Shown: positions 28,801 through 39,118, counted from the stretch's first letter. The stretch: DNA of 64,000 nt from an uncultured bacterium (GCA_964632485.1 CAZWDO010000011.1:1-64000), one strand, 5' to 3'. Translations and numbers: made by a program. Notes: generated by a model not told the origin, from the sequence alone.

Positions 28801-28934
28801 ATCATCGGGAATTGCAGATTGGGATAAAAATCAAGCTTCAGCATCAGAAGCCCAAACAACCCGGCGCCAATAATCAACAAATATACCATAGTAAAGGTAA
28901 TGCGCCTGCGAATGGCAAGTTCAGCTAATTTCAC
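25842..28934 (-). CDS. RND efflux permease (AcrB/AcrD/AcrF family)
   Basis: GMLVDNSIVVLENI, GIVVNNGIVLVD, RLKPILMT; 1030 aa. Confidence 0.95.
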   Translation of the reverse strand: MKLAELAIRRRITFTMVYLLIIGAGLFGLLMLKLDFYPNLQFPMIMVITRYTGVGANDIENIISRPLEKILASVKNIKKLTSRSSSGISLVTMEFNWGDDLDQAEINVRKNIDFALNALPDDADKPLVFAFETSSIPVVLLSVGSDTKGPAQLKKFLDDDIEPYLERIDGVASAETMGGLARSVQIRVNPLKLAQYHLDINDLAMAIRRENLRLPTGSIDDGVIHYDLQAQGEFASVKEIARTAVANVAGKTIYLKDVAQVEDSYDDVLGNTRVNYRSGLVINISKQSDANTVEVCKRIMAALEKLNSTYQSEAQFSVFFNQSEYITNSINNLKNTALQAIVYTFLVLLFFLLHLRSSSIVAVTIPISLVATFFVMYLANVTLNIISLTGLALGIGMLVDNSIVVLENIFRHRKLGEPLKRAAYNGASEVGMAVTASTLTTLAVFIPLLFVPGIAGVMFRDMILTVCFSLTVSLLASLSLIPMLSSVYLENVTEEPGGRFGKIEKTAIRIIDYFSNRYYHSLDWVLNHRKLTIFSMFSLLILSFFLLPFIGKEFTPKQDQAFIAITMERSAGSDYRQSIPLVEELEQFVKDSIPEVTNIMISYGQTGNTFAAIRGSGSNTMFFRLKLCPLGKRQRSQAEIEELVRRKLSILPDLTYEFQQQGAFNSETGDVSVKLFGDDLDTLQMLTQKIDSIFKTVDGSRDVKNTFAEPANELRIQLNRERIYHYNLSVSQVMNTIYKSFQGEIVARYRERGDDYDVVLRLAPEYRSHKSDLQKLFIKSMQGYIPLTELATIIPDKTPTNIYRESQERIGRVYCAVFGRDLGSVSAEIEAKVNQLTFPEGYRYLIGGVAADMKESQLFLGLALLVAALMVYMVMASQFESLIDPFIILFTIPLSLIGVLWMLFLTHTTLSLIALIGCIMLVGIVVNNGIVLVDAINQLIHKEKMELFAAVKEAGRRRLKPILMTALTTIISLFPLALEMGEGAEAWSPMARSVIGGLVVSTILTLFYVPALYTTLELKGWRKKKSEENF

Positions 28935-28949
28935 GGGGCTCCCCTTTCC

Positions 28950-30077
28950 TTATTCCACAGTTTTGACAGGTTGATTGATTTTTAATCGGCGCTGGCCTTC
29001 GATTACGACTTTCTGATCAGGCGCAAGACCGCTTAGCGCTTCAGTCCAGCGGTCATTGACAATCCCTGCAACAATATCTTTCTGGACGGCTAACCCATTT
29101 TCCACAACAAACACAGTTTTCACCTTAATAAATCCCAGAGAACTTCCCCCTTTGTTTACGTCGGAGATACGGGTTTCCTCTACAATGGCGTTTCCAGGGA
29201 TCAATAAGGTCTTTTCCTTGCGCTGCAGTATAATCCAAATATCGCACCAGGTACCCGCCACTACCGGATAGGCGCCGGTATTCGTAATAAGTATTTCCGC
29301 ATTCCCTTTCCCCTGACTGGGATCGATACCCAAATCGGACCAGTCAATCCTACCCCGTAAGGTATCTGAACTCTCTGATGGAATAACCAGAGCGGACATC
29401 CCCGGGCGTATCCGCCGCATATCACTCGCAGAAAGGTCAAGTTTAACCCGCCACGATGTTGTATCAGCCACAACGATAACCGGAACAGCGGGATTGACCT
29501 GCGCGCCGATATCCGCGTTACAGGAGATGACAATTCCATCGAAAGGACTGGCTAAATAAGATTCCGCCAATTGCTTGCGAGCTGATATCCAACTCTGCTC
29601 ACCTGCCGTCATCGCGGCCCTGGCATTTTCATACTGCGTCATGACCATTTGGTACGTTTTTTGTGAACTGGCGTTGGCTTCAAATAAATGTTTTTGCCGG
29701 TTCAATTCGTCACTCATAGCTTGAAAATTTTGTTTTGCCGCATTGAGTTGCGCTTCCGCCGCTGACAATCGGGACTGATATACTTCGTTGTCAAGTCGGA
29801 TCAGACGTTGATTACGGACAACCCGTTCACCCGGCTGGACTAAAACCTGTTCAACTTTTGCGGCAAATGGCGGATAAAGCGATGCTTGCCGAGCGCCCGC
29901 TAACTTGCCCTGATAATAGATCATATCGTCGATTGGTCCAAATTGAACCGGTTGCACTTTGACAATGATGTCGCGTTGCGGCGCTTCCGCATTTTTTTTA
30001 TAAGTAGCAATACGCCAGATCGTAAGGGCAGCCAGGAACAGTCCCACAATAATTAAAAATTTTTTCATACTTATCAC
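28950..30077 (-). CDS. RND efflux periplasmic adaptor (membrane fusion protein)
   Basis: Lipoyl-hairpin pattern V.PGERV..NQ.L...SPFDG; position in the operon. Confidence 0.92.
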   Translation of the reverse strand: MISMKKFLIIVGLFLAALTIWRIATYKKNAEAPQRDIIVKVQPVQFGPIDDMIYYQGKLAGARQASLYPPFAAKVEQVLVQPGERVVRNQRLIRLDNEVYQSRLSAAEAQLNAAKQNFQAMSDELNRQKHLFEANASSQKTYQMVMTQYENARAAMTAGEQSWISARKQLAESYLASPFDGIVISCNADIGAQVNPAVPVIVVADTTSWRVKLDLSASDMRRIRPGMSALVIPSESSDTLRGRIDWSDLGIDPSQGKGNAEILITNTGAYPVVAGTWCDIWIILQRKEKTLLIPGNAIVEETRISDVNKGGSSLGFIKVKTVFVVENGLAVQKDIVAGIVNDRWTEALSGLAPDQKVVIEGQRRLKINQPVKTVE

Positions 30078-30095
30078 TCCTTCTATGATTTTTAA

Positions 30096-31436
30096 TCAGT
30101 CTTCTTTACCTAAATTTAACACCAACTGGAAATAGGACAGATTGTATTCCACTAAACCCTGCAAAAATTGCGTTTCAGCCTGAGTTAATGCCAATTGGCT
30201 GGTAATCAGATCAAGCTGGCTGATCCCCTTCTGTCCGAAAAGCAGATTAGCTAAACGATATCCTTCCCGCGCCTGTTGAAGATTTTTAGTATAGCTGTCG
30301 AGAATAGAGCGACTCAGCAAGTAACTCCGTTGCGCTTGTTCAACCTGGGTCAGCACTTGACGCTCTTTATCTTCTAACAGGTAGGATATCTGTTCGCGGT
30401 TTTTACGCGATTCAAGCCAGGTAGCAGTATTTTTAAAACCGGTAAAAATCGGGATAGTAATATTAAAAGTGGAACTGGAGGAATTGACCCAGTCTCCGGC
30501 AGGGATATGAAAGGTTTTCATTTCATCGGCATTCGCCTGAACCGATTTCTGCCAGGTATAAGAAAGTTTAGGCAAATAATTACTAAACGACAGTTTCACG
30601 CCGTAATCCGCAATTTTTTTTTGCCAATAAATTTGCTGCAAATCGGGTCGCAAATCAAGCGCAATCTTTTTTAATGCGGCTAAATCATTGATGGGCAATT
30701 CCGGATCCGGAGGTTGAATATTGAGAGTATCCAATAAGATAAGAGAATCATCCAGATTAATGCCCATAATGCGTTTTAAATCCTGCCGACTATTTTCATT
30801 ATTAGCCTGGATAGCCATTAATTGCGGTTCCAGATTGGACACTTCAACCTGGGCCCGAAGTTTTTCGTATTCCGAAGCGCCGCCCGCTTCATATAATACC
30901 ATGATAATTCTTAAATTTTCGCGAGCGCGGTTTAATGCTTCAATTTGGACATTCTTTAACCGATCCAATAAAAGTATTTGATAATAAGCGGCTCGCACTG
31001 CATATAAAAGCTGGTGTGTCTGATTAGCGAACGCTTCACTCTGAACTTTCAGATTGAGACGACTCATTTGATACGCGGACCAGATAGCGCCGCCTGCAAA
31101 CAGATTTTGAGTTACGCGGAGAGACCCTCCCAGATTATTATCGGTACCCATTTTAACCCGATTGACGCTACTTCCCATTTTGAATACAATTTCGCCCAGT
31201 TCATGGTTGTAGGTGCGAAATCCGTTAAATCCGGCCTGAGGTAAAAAATTGGCGAAACTTTGCCAGATTTGCAAATCAGCTTTATCGGCATTCAAGGCCG
31301 TGCTTTTTAACAACGGGCTGTGGATACGAGTGTATTCAATAGCCTGGTCGAGGGTGATCGCCACACTCTCCGCTAAGGAGAGCGAAAATGCCCCCAGAAC
31401 GCATAGCATACACCAAACAAAAAAACATCGTTTCAT
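30096..31436 (-). CDS. TolC-family outer-membrane efflux protein
   Basis: ITLDQAIE, VRAAYY, ALDLRPDL, IPIFTG. Confidence 0.92.
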   Translation of the reverse strand: MKRCFFVWCMLCVLGAFSLSLAESVAITLDQAIEYTRIHSPLLKSTALNADKADLQIWQSFANFLPQAGFNGFRTYNHELGEIVFKMGSSVNRVKMGTDNNLGGSLRVTQNLFAGGAIWSAYQMSRLNLKVQSEAFANQTHQLLYAVRAAYYQILLLDRLKNVQIEALNRARENLRIIMVLYEAGGASEYEKLRAQVEVSNLEPQLMAIQANNENSRQDLKRIMGINLDDSLILLDTLNIQPPDPELPINDLAALKKIALDLRPDLQQIYWQKKIADYGVKLSFSNYLPKLSYTWQKSVQANADEMKTFHIPAGDWVNSSSSTFNITIPIFTGFKNTATWLESRKNREQISYLLEDKERQVLTQVEQAQRSYLLSRSILDSYTKNLQQAREGYRLANLLFGQKGISQLDLITSQLALTQAETQFLQGLVEYNLSYFQLVLNLGKED

Positions 31437-31451
31437 AGTATCTCCTTTCAA

Positions 31452-32051
31452 TTACTGACCAGTCGGTATTTTTTTTATTAAAATATCCATAATGCGACGC
31501 GCTAAGGCAACTTTGTCGTCCAAAGTCCGATTTCTCATGAGCACTTGACCAATAATATAATTCAAAGTGCCGATGAGAGCAGATACGGTAATCGGGATAT
31601 CCGTATGCGGATCGATCTCCTTGCGCTGGATCGCCAATTGCAGTTGGTCAGACATCGCCTGGAATCGATACTGGTCATGGGCGCAAAGCTCACTGGTCTG
31701 CTCGCTCAAGAGCAATGGGAAATGCATGCGGATTATAAAACGCACATAATCCTCATTATCTTCCAAATAGCGGAAAAATTCAACGATAGCCCGTTCCATC
31801 TGCTCCAGTACTGTTAAATCCGACCGCCGCGCCGTTCCCATATACTGTTGCAGCAATTGCCAGGAATCTTCCCGCAAACGATCGTACAATGCCTGTTTCG
31901 ATTTGAAATAATAGTAAAGCGTCGGTTTGGTCACTCCCGCCGCATCACATATCTCCTGTACAGAAACGCCGTCAAATCCACGCCGGCTGAATAGCTGCGC
32001 CGCTGTGCGCAATACCCGCCGAGAACTGTCACTCTCCATAATTTTCTCCAT
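31452..32051 (-). CDS. TetR/AcrR-family transcriptional regulator
   Basis: AAQLFSRRGFDGVSVQEICDAAGVTKPTLYYYFKSK. Confidence 0.95.
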   Translation of the reverse strand: MEKIMESDSSRRVLRTAAQLFSRRGFDGVSVQEICDAAGVTKPTLYYYFKSKQALYDRLREDSWQLLQQYMGTARRSDLTVLEQMERAIVEFFRYLEDNEDYVRFIIRMHFPLLLSEQTSELCAHDQYRFQAMSDQLQLAIQRKEIDPHTDIPITVSALIGTLNYIIGQVLMRNRTLDDKVALARRIMDILIKKIPTGQ

Positions 32052-32058
32052 TCGTTTA

Positions 32059-32074
32059 TATACTAAACGGTATA
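32059..32074. promoter_or_regulatory. Candidate TetR operator
   Basis: Imperfect palindrome TATAC-TAAACG-GTATA just upstream of the tetR start. Confidence 0.5.
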
Positions 32075-32211
32075 ATTGAAAAAAAGTTCCAAAAAAAATT
32101 CCAATTTGAATAAAATTTGTGGCGGAATAATATTTTTTCTTGATTTTTCTTTTTTAAGTCATATATTAAATGCAAAGAGAGAAACCTCGACGGGATAATC
32201 AAAATATATAA

Positions 32212-34185
32212 ATGCAACGCGTAAACTATTATAATGATCAAAACTTATCAGAGACCTTCAAAGGAATAAAATTGACAACGCCTCTGCAGACCATTGAATT
32301 GGAACCGATTGATCATGTGTTGGCCGATAGATTAACCACTCATTCACAACCGGAATGGGTACGCGATGCGGTTTGTTTATTGAGTTATTTACTGCGCAAT
32401 AGCCATAGTTGCCTCTATATTCCGGATTGGGCCGGACAGCAGATCATACTTGCCGATAAAAACAGTGAAAAGCGCATCCATTTTCCGTTCAAGGAGGAAT
32501 GGGAATTCGAATTTTCAAACCCGCCATCCCTTTTGGCGAAGCAGGCGCTAATCTGCGAACACGGACGTCTTTTTTTTCAGCGTTTGTGGTTCTATGAAAA
32601 AGAGATCAGCCGTTTCCTCCTGGCCATGAAGCGCCAAATCTTCGACTTACCTTTTAAGCAGGAATTAACAACCGAAATAAATCGTATATTTCCAATAAAC
32701 ACTGCAATTGAATGGCAAAAAATTGCTGTCCTGACAGCATTAACTCATCAACTCACTATTATTAGTGGTGGTCCCGGTACTGGTAAAACCTATATCCTGG
32801 GCTATATCCTGCGCTTTCTTCAACAACTCTATCCCAATCTCCGCATTGCGCTAACAGCTCCGACCGGAAAAGCTGCCGCGCGTATGACCGAATCATTAAA
32901 GCAATTTAATAACAATTTAGCAAACGGTCTAAATCCGGCCGATCCTTTCAATTACAACGCCCAATCTCCATCGCTCGCAGGGCAGACGATCCATCGACTA
33001 TTAAAATATTCGCCGATTATCCGTGGATTCCACTTTAATACTCAAAATTCGCTCCCCTTTGATCTTGTTGTTGTGGATGAAGCTTCGATGTTGGATTTAT
33101 CGCTGTTCTACCACCTTCTGTCGGCAATGGATGCGGGCGCGCGATTAGTCCTTCTGGGAGACCGCTTTCAACTCGCTTCCATCGAAGCGGGTCATATTTT
33201 ATCAGACATTTGCCGTATTCCTGTCATCAATCGGTACACGTCTGAATTTGTCCGGACAATGATTCAAATTACATCGGACCCATCTATTAAATCCCTGGAA
33301 ATTGAATCAGTTGAGGCAGTCCCCTTACAAAATATGATGGTGGAACTCCAAAAAAGTCATCGAGTTAATAGCGATCATGCTTTATATCATCTGGCAACCC
33401 GTATCCGCGGCATAAATACCGAGCATGATATCGACGACACATTCGATTTTATGTCTCAGGCCGACAAAGATACCGATCGGTCCTTCCATTGGAAGATGAT
33501 CACTACTCGAACTGAGCTGTATCAACTGTTGAAAGGCTCGATTGAGGAACATTGGCGGGAATATTTTCATGCTCAGGAGATTAAACAATATTCTCTTTTA
33601 TTCAATCGTTTGAGGATTTTATTACCGTTTCGTGGGGGGCTCGGGGGAGTGGTACGGCTTAATCGGGATATTGAAAAATTATTGATTTCATTGCGCTGGA
33701 TTTCCCCATCCAAACATTCTGAGTTCTATCACCGGAAACCATTACTGATTACACAGAACGATTATAGCCTTGATCTTTTCAACGGCGATATCGGTTATTG
33801 TTATCAAGAAAAAAAAGAACTACTGGTATATTTTCATAGTGATGGCCCGGAAAAGCCTGCCCGTAACATCCCGGCAGCTCAATTGGCAACAGCGGAACCG
33901 GTTTATGCCATGTCAATTCACAAAAGCCAGGGTTCAGAATTTGACCATGTATGGGTAGTTCTTCCCTGGGAAGCAGAAATGATCAATAACCCATTATTGA
34001 CCCGTGAATTGCTTTACACAGCGATCACACGGGCCAGGAAGAGTGTTACCATTGTCGGGCACCCCGAAGTCATTAAAACCAGCTTGCGTAATAGTACTCA
34101 ACGCAGTTCTGGCCTTGGCTTCAGGCTTCATTCCAAAATCGTGGCCGTAGATGACGTCCCGAGCCGTTTAATTCCCATTTCATAA
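32212..34185 (+). CDS. recD: Exodeoxyribonuclease V alpha subunit (RecD helicase)
   Basis: EWQKIAV, ISGGPGTGKT, APTGKAAAR, TIHRLL, VVDEASM, LFNGDIG, AMSIHKSQGSEF, RELLYTAITRAR. Confidence 0.92.
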   Translation: MQRVNYYNDQNLSETFKGIKLTTPLQTIELEPIDHVLADRLTTHSQPEWVRDAVCLLSYLLRNSHSCLYIPDWAGQQIILADKNSEKRIHFPFKEEWEFEFSNPPSLLAKQALICEHGRLFFQRLWFYEKEISRFLLAMKRQIFDLPFKQELTTEINRIFPINTAIEWQKIAVLTALTHQLTIISGGPGTGKTYILGYILRFLQQLYPNLRIALTAPTGKAAARMTESLKQFNNNLANGLNPADPFNYNAQSPSLAGQTIHRLLKYSPIIRGFHFNTQNSLPFDLVVVDEASMLDLSLFYHLLSAMDAGARLVLLGDRFQLASIEAGHILSDICRIPVINRYTSEFVRTMIQITSDPSIKSLEIESVEAVPLQNMMVELQKSHRVNSDHALYHLATRIRGINTEHDIDDTFDFMSQADKDTDRSFHWKMITTRTELYQLLKGSIEEHWREYFHAQEIKQYSLLFNRLRILLPFRGGLGGVVRLNRDIEKLLISLRWISPSKHSEFYHRKPLLITQNDYSLDLFNGDIGYCYQEKKELLVYFHSDGPEKPARNIPAAQLATAEPVYAMSIHKSQGSEFDHVWVVLPWEAEMINNPLLTRELLYTAITRARKSVTIVGHPEVIKTSLRNSTQRSSGLGFRLHSKIVAVDDVPSRLIPIS

Positions 34186-34814
34186 TAGCGCCAGGCAGTG
34201 GCCCAATCACGTATCCCGCCAGAAGCTTTAACCTGAGAGACTGTACTGTGAGCCAGCATCAGTTGCAAGTTTGGAATTGTAGCGCCGGTAGCCGCCATAC
34301 ATCCGTTCGGTTGCCTGACAAATCCGAACCCGGTCGAAGTTTTAACAAAATCGGCGCCATTGGCATTACAGATTTTACAACACCAAACAATCTCTTCAGA
34401 ATTGAGGTAGCCGGTCTCAAAAATACATTTTATTAATAATGAGGTCTGATGAACCATCTGTATAAGTTCTTTCACCTCATTTTCAATGTAAAGCCAATCG
34501 TGGGAACAGATCTTGCCAATATTTAATACGACATCCATTTCCTTTGCTCCATCGTAAATCGCGCGTTCAATTTGATGCATCTTGGTTTCAAGCAGCGAAT
34601 TACCATGGGGAAAATCGATGACAGTACTGACGTTGACCACACTTTGATGGAGCAAACGTCCCGCTGCCGAAACATGATAAGGTTTCACGCAAACTGTCGT
34701 CACTTCAAACGAATCGGCTAAATGACACCCTCTCTCCAGTTCAGCATCGGTTAATTGGGGTGTCAATAAGGCGTGATCAATCATACCTGCAATTATTTTC
34801 TTTTGTTCATTCAT
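34128..34814 (-). CDS. deoC: Deoxyribose-phosphate aldolase
   Basis: IDHALL, VIDFPHG, GADFVKTSTGF, VKASGGIR, RLGTSS. Confidence 0.95.
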   Translation of the reverse strand: MNEQKKIIAGMIDHALLTPQLTDAELERGCHLADSFEVTTVCVKPYHVSAAGRLLHQSVVNVSTVIDFPHGNSLLETKMHQIERAIYDGAKEMDVVLNIGKICSHDWLYIENEVKELIQMVHQTSLLIKCIFETGYLNSEEIVWCCKICNANGADFVKTSTGFGFVRQPNGCMAATGATIPNLQLMLAHSTVSQVKASGGIRDWATAWRYYEMGIKRLGTSSTATILE

Positions 34815-34853
34815 CGCACAGCTCCTTTTATAGAATCTCTCGCGGGGCAATGG

Positions 34854-36287
34854 TCAAAGATTTTGTATCGCTTCGACGCCCAGGCGGATTGCGATGCGAT
34901 TCAATTCCTGCAGCGCCGCTTTTTTAAAAAATGATGGCAGCAGTTCCAGTATCAATTCGATTTCCAGCAAACCGCTATAGGCCAGGTAGGAGCCCAAAGC
35001 CACCATATTCGCGGCTTTTGGATTACCGGCTTGATCCGCTAATCCAGTGAAGGGAATGGCTACCACTTCACAATCGTCACGTTTAAATTCCACATCTATC
35101 AGAGACGTGTTATACAAAATGATCCCGCCTGATTTCACTTTAGGGCCGAATTTCTCCAATGATGGTTTATTCAAGGCAATCAAAACATCCGGAGTATTAG
35201 TAAGGGGCGAACCGATCCGTTTGTCTGAAATATTGACTTCACAATACGCGGTCCCTCCACGCATTTCGGGGCCATAAGAGGGAATCCAACTGACATGAAA
35301 CCCCTGATACATAGCCGCTTCCGCCAAGGCCTCTCCCAGCGATAAAATTCCCTGGCCGCCGAATCCGGCAATCCGAATACTTGGATTTTTATAATGAGGT
35401 TTTCGGAGAACTGTTTTAAAATTCCGGCTGAGTGGCTGCTCTTCCAAATCCAGGGCGTGTTTGAATTCTTTGTCTGCTAATTCATTTTTAGGCAAATAAT
35501 GAAATGTCCGATCTTTTGTCGTATCTTTATAAATACCCAACGGATAATAAGGGATCATCTGCTCTTTGATAAAATTCAAAGAAGTTGGGGCATCCATTTT
35601 CCAACCGGATGGGCATTGGGAAAGGATTTCGATTAAACTGTATCCCCTTTCATCGATTTGATTTTGCAATGCTTTTCGGATGGCGGTTCGGGTTTTAGCG
35701 CGGTGGGGGGCATCATGCAATGAGGTTCGTTCCAGATATGAACTATTTTCCAAAGAAGTCAGGAGTTCGCAGACCCGCATGGGATAACCGGCCTCTTCGA
35801 TGCGTCGGCCGAATGGAGAGGTCAGGGTTTTCTGTCCAATCAATGTTGTGGGAGCCATTTGACCGCCGGTCATGCCATAGATAGCGTTATTGATAAAAAT
35901 AACCGTTATATTCTCGCCGCGATTAGCTGTTTGTATCAAGTGATTGCCGCCGATAGCCGCTAAATCCCCATCTCCCTGATAGGAAATGACTATTTTGTCA
36001 GGATGCGCGCGTTTAATGGCGGTGGCTACTGCCTGGGCCCGACCATGCGCAACTTGAATATTGCCGGTATCAAAATAGTAATATACAAACACACTGCAAC
36101 CCACTGGGCTGATGATAATCGTACGGTCTTGGATCCCAAAATCGGTAATCGCTTCCGCCAGGTACTTATGGACAATGCCGTGACCGCAACCTGGGCAATA
36201 ATGGGTATTGCCTTTATCACTTCCGGGTCGACGATCGAATTGTGTATAAAAAGTTTTAGGTACATCCAATTTTAATGCCTGATTCAT
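34854..36287 (-). CDS. 2-oxoacid:ferredoxin oxidoreductase beta-gamma fusion subunit (Vor-like)
   Basis: HYCPGCGHG, YQGDGD, NNAIYGMTGGQ (TPP-binding beta), then AGFGGQG, SYGPEMRGG (gamma). Confidence 0.9.
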   Translation of the reverse strand: MNQALKLDVPKTFYTQFDRRPGSDKGNTHYCPGCGHGIVHKYLAEAITDFGIQDRTIIISPVGCSVFVYYYFDTGNIQVAHGRAQAVATAIKRAHPDKIVISYQGDGDLAAIGGNHLIQTANRGENITVIFINNAIYGMTGGQMAPTTLIGQKTLTSPFGRRIEEAGYPMRVCELLTSLENSSYLERTSLHDAPHRAKTRTAIRKALQNQIDERGYSLIEILSQCPSGWKMDAPTSLNFIKEQMIPYYPLGIYKDTTKDRTFHYLPKNELADKEFKHALDLEEQPLSRNFKTVLRKPHYKNPSIRIAGFGGQGILSLGEALAEAAMYQGFHVSWIPSYGPEMRGGTAYCEVNISDKRIGSPLTNTPDVLIALNKPSLEKFGPKVKSGGIILYNTSLIDVEFKRDDCEVVAIPFTGLADQAGNPKAANMVALGSYLAYSGLLEIELILELLPSFFKKAALQELNRIAIRLGVEAIQNL

Positions 36288-36300
36288 ATAAGTCCCCCGA

Positions 36301-37347
36301 TCAATCGAAAATTTGCTGAATTTTTGTGGTAATCTCTTCAATGGACGGAATGTTTCCTCCATAACGGCAAAAAAATTCAATCGGTTTACGAAACTGCGTC
36401 ACAAGCTGTACATCTTCGATCAACATCCCGGTACTCATCTCAACGACCAGAAATTTTTTAGCGCTATCGGCCAGCATTTCCAACGCCTTTTTCGGAAAAG
36501 GCCAGAGGCTGATTGGACGGAAAAGACCTACTTTGCGGCCTTGTTCGCGCATCTGTTCAACAACTGAATAAAGAACTCGCGAAACGATTCCATAGCCGAT
36601 TAAAACCAGTTCCGCATCAGCAGTTTGAAATTCTTCCCAAAGGGGTTCATTTTCTTCAATTTGGGCGTATTTTCGATAAAGATGTTGGATATGCGCTTCC
36701 TGTTCATCGGGATCGAGATTAATCGAAGTAACAAGATTTGAACGGGTTTCATTTGTACCGAGCAAGGCCCAGGGTTTCACTGGAGGTGTGATCGGAATAT
36801 CGGGAAATAAAACAGGTTCCATCATTTGGCCGATGACGCCGTCAGCAAGTAAAAACCCGGGATTTCTATACAGATCGGTCAATTCGAACATTTTGATCGT
36901 AAGATCGGCCATTTCCTGGGCGCTGTTCGGGGCAAGGGTAATCATACGATAGCTACCGTGTCCACCCCCCTTGACGGCCTGGAAATAATCGGCTTGTTCC
37001 GGCGCGATATTACCCAGTCCGGGGCCGCCGCGCATGATGTAAGCAATCACACAGGGCAGTTCGGCGCCGGCGCAATAGGATATTCCTTCCTGCATCAGGC
37101 TGATGCCGGGTCCGGAGGATGCGGTCATTGTCCGTTCCCCTGCGGCCGCCGCCCCGTAGAGCATATTTATGGATGCGATTTCGCTTTCTGCCTGGACAAA
37201 GGTGCGGCCCAGGAGAGGGAAATAATAAGCGGCAGCTTGCGCAATTTCGCTGGCCGGTGTGATAGGATACCCAAAAAAAGAATGACAACCCGCGATCAAC
37301 GCCGCTTTGACAATCGCCTCGTTTCCTTTAATCAGTTGTTTTGACAT
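36301..37347 (-). CDS. vorB: 2-oxoacid:ferredoxin oxidoreductase alpha subunit (VorB-like)
   Basis: [40 protein letters not shown]. Confidence 0.88.
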   Translation of the reverse strand: MSKQLIKGNEAIVKAALIAGCHSFFGYPITPASEIAQAAAYYFPLLGRTFVQAESEIASINMLYGAAAAGERTMTASSGPGISLMQEGISYCAGAELPCVIAYIMRGGPGLGNIAPEQADYFQAVKGGGHGSYRMITLAPNSAQEMADLTIKMFELTDLYRNPGFLLADGVIGQMMEPVLFPDIPITPPVKPWALLGTNETRSNLVTSINLDPDEQEAHIQHLYRKYAQIEENEPLWEEFQTADAELVLIGYGIVSRVLYSVVEQMREQGRKVGLFRPISLWPFPKKALEMLADSAKKFLVVEMSTGMLIEDVQLVTQFRKPIEFFCRYGGNIPSIEEITTKIQQIFD

Positions 37348-37363
37348 AATTGAATCCTCTTCT

Positions 37364-37603
37364 CTATTCTTCGATTTCACAGCCTTTTTTAAATATTGTT
37401 ATCGCCATGGGTTCCGGACATGTGTAATAACAGATGCCACAACCAATACAACCTTCGCCTTTATAACGGGTCGGATGATACCCCATGTGGTTGAATTCTT
37501 CAGCCGCTTCCAGGACTTTTTTGGGACATGCTATTATACAAAGCCCGCACGCTTTGCAATGCTCAGCATGAATCACAACTCGCGCTTCGGTGAGTACTGC
37601 CAT
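37364..37603 (-). CDS. 2[4Fe-4S] ferredoxin delta subunit of the oxidoreductase
   Basis: [12 protein letters not shown] and [12 protein letters not shown]. Confidence 0.92.
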   Translation of the reverse strand: MAVLTEARVVIHAEHCKACGLCIIACPKKVLEAAEEFNHMGYHPTRYKGEGCIGCGICYYTCPEPMAITIFKKGCEIEE

Positions 37604-37617
37604 CGCTAACTCCTTCC

Positions 37618-38418
37618 TTAATAACCGATCAACATGATATTTCCGACAATCACATCAACAAGAATCTGCCCTTCACCCAAATAATTTTTACCTACAATTC
37701 TACCAATTTGATTCTCCAATAACAACATATTTAGATTTGTATAGTTAATAGTTCCACTTGTCGCTCGGCACGTGATCATGGCTGAAATATTTTTGGGTAC
37801 CCATAAATCAACATTTCCGGTGGAAATTTCCATATCCCACTGAGGAGTGGCGACTGAATTTAAACGACCGTTTAAATTTCCAACGACCAGTATCAGTTTA
37901 AAAACCGGCGCAGCGACATAATCCACATACACATTTCCCACATTAACCGCGATCTCACAATTGCCAGTGATATCCTGAATCTGAATATTTCCCAATTCAT
38001 GATCAATCGTCAACGCCGTTTCCCGGGGTAAAAACAATTCAAAATCACAATAAAAGGAATAATCGCTTGCAGTATCCTTAGGAGCTTCAAAACGATAGCC
38101 ATCGATCAAATCAATGACCTGTATCTGTTTTGAATTCAATATAGCCAGCGCTGTCGCCTCTTCAGCGTCTTCAACCGTTTTATAGGCAATAGCCTGCCAT
38201 CGGGTCCGATTCGTATCCCCCCAAATGGTAATTAATCCTTTGTCTCCGTATAGTCGAATAGTCTGATTCGGAATGAAGGTGACATTCAACGTATCAGCTA
38301 CTGTTTTCCGATGGGTATCGTCCTGTTGATCGCTACAAGATATAAAAACGAAAACGATTAATACCGAAATATAAAAAAGTTTAACCATTTTCAACAATTT
38401 CACCGGCAGAAAATTCAA
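37618..38418 (-). CDS. Putative lipoprotein with DUF4097-like beta-strand repeats
   Basis: Lipobox FISC; repeated GNI/GNV/GTI units. Confidence 0.6.
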   Translation of the reverse strand: MNFLPVKLLKMVKLFYISVLIVFVFISCSDQQDDTHRKTVADTLNVTFIPNQTIRLYGDKGLITIWGDTNRTRWQAIAYKTVEDAEEATALAILNSKQIQVIDLIDGYRFEAPKDTASDYSFYCDFELFLPRETALTIDHELGNIQIQDITGNCEIAVNVGNVYVDYVAAPVFKLILVVGNLNGRLNSVATPQWDMEISTGNVDLWVPKNISAMITCRATSGTINYTNLNMLLLENQIGRIVGKNYLGEGQILVDVIVGNIMLIGY

Positions 38419-39049
38419 TTCTATCCCCGTTGTCCAGCCTTCCAGTCAATTGTCCATAAGAGGTTATTCCTTCAACCCGAATTGGGTAGCGTTTGTCTCC
38501 TGCATTGAAAATGACTTCTTCACCCACCATCTCTCCGTATTGCTGAAACGCTGAAACGACCATGGCCGACCCTTCTGTTTGCAAATGAGCGCGCAAACCA
38601 TCAAATTTATTGATGATTTGATGACGCAGCGAAGTTGAATCGGGTAAAGCGCTAAGGCATTGGTTCAAAGCTACTGCCGGTTTCCCAATTGTTCCGATTT
38701 GCTCTGCCGTCATATTATAATTGAAACCAACACCAATGATCAACGATGAATAATGGCGTTCAGCCAGAATCCCGGCGATTTTTTTAGTATGAATACGAAC
38801 ATCATTGGGCCATTTTATACGGGCGTCAAGGTTCCATTGCTTTAATACTTCTACAATAGACCAAGCCATAATAAAAGTATGCAATGGATAATACTGTATA
38901 TCGCAATCAACTTGAAACCCGTAGGAAAAGTATAAATTACCAGTTGGAGGCGAAACCCATCTTCTCAGAAAGCGCCCCCGGCCATCCAACTGTTCTTTTG
39001 CAACAACCAGCAGGGGAACCATATTTGCCTTCATGTATCGCAAAGCCAA
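38381..39049 (-). CDS. birA: Biotin-[acetyl-CoA carboxylase] ligase (type I BirA); 5' end uncertain
   Basis: Q..GRGR..R.W.SP..NLYFS, IKWPND, KKIAGILAE, GVGFN. Confidence 0.9.
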   Translation of the reverse strand: MALRYMKANMVPLLVVAKEQLDGRGRFLRRWVSPPTGNLYFSYGFQVDCDIQYYPLHTFIMAWSIVEVLKQWNLDARIKWPNDVRIHTKKIAGILAERHYSSLIIGVGFNYNMTAEQIGTIGKPAVALNQCLSALPDSTSLRHQIINKFDGLRAHLQTEGSAMVVSAFQQYGEMVGEEVIFNAGDKRYPIRVEGITSYGQLTGRLDNGDRIEFSAGEIVENG

Positions 39050-39118
39050 GCTCTGAGTAGACGAACTCTTATGGTAAAAACAATAGTACGTGGCAACCTC
39101 TTACAAAATAATTCATAT

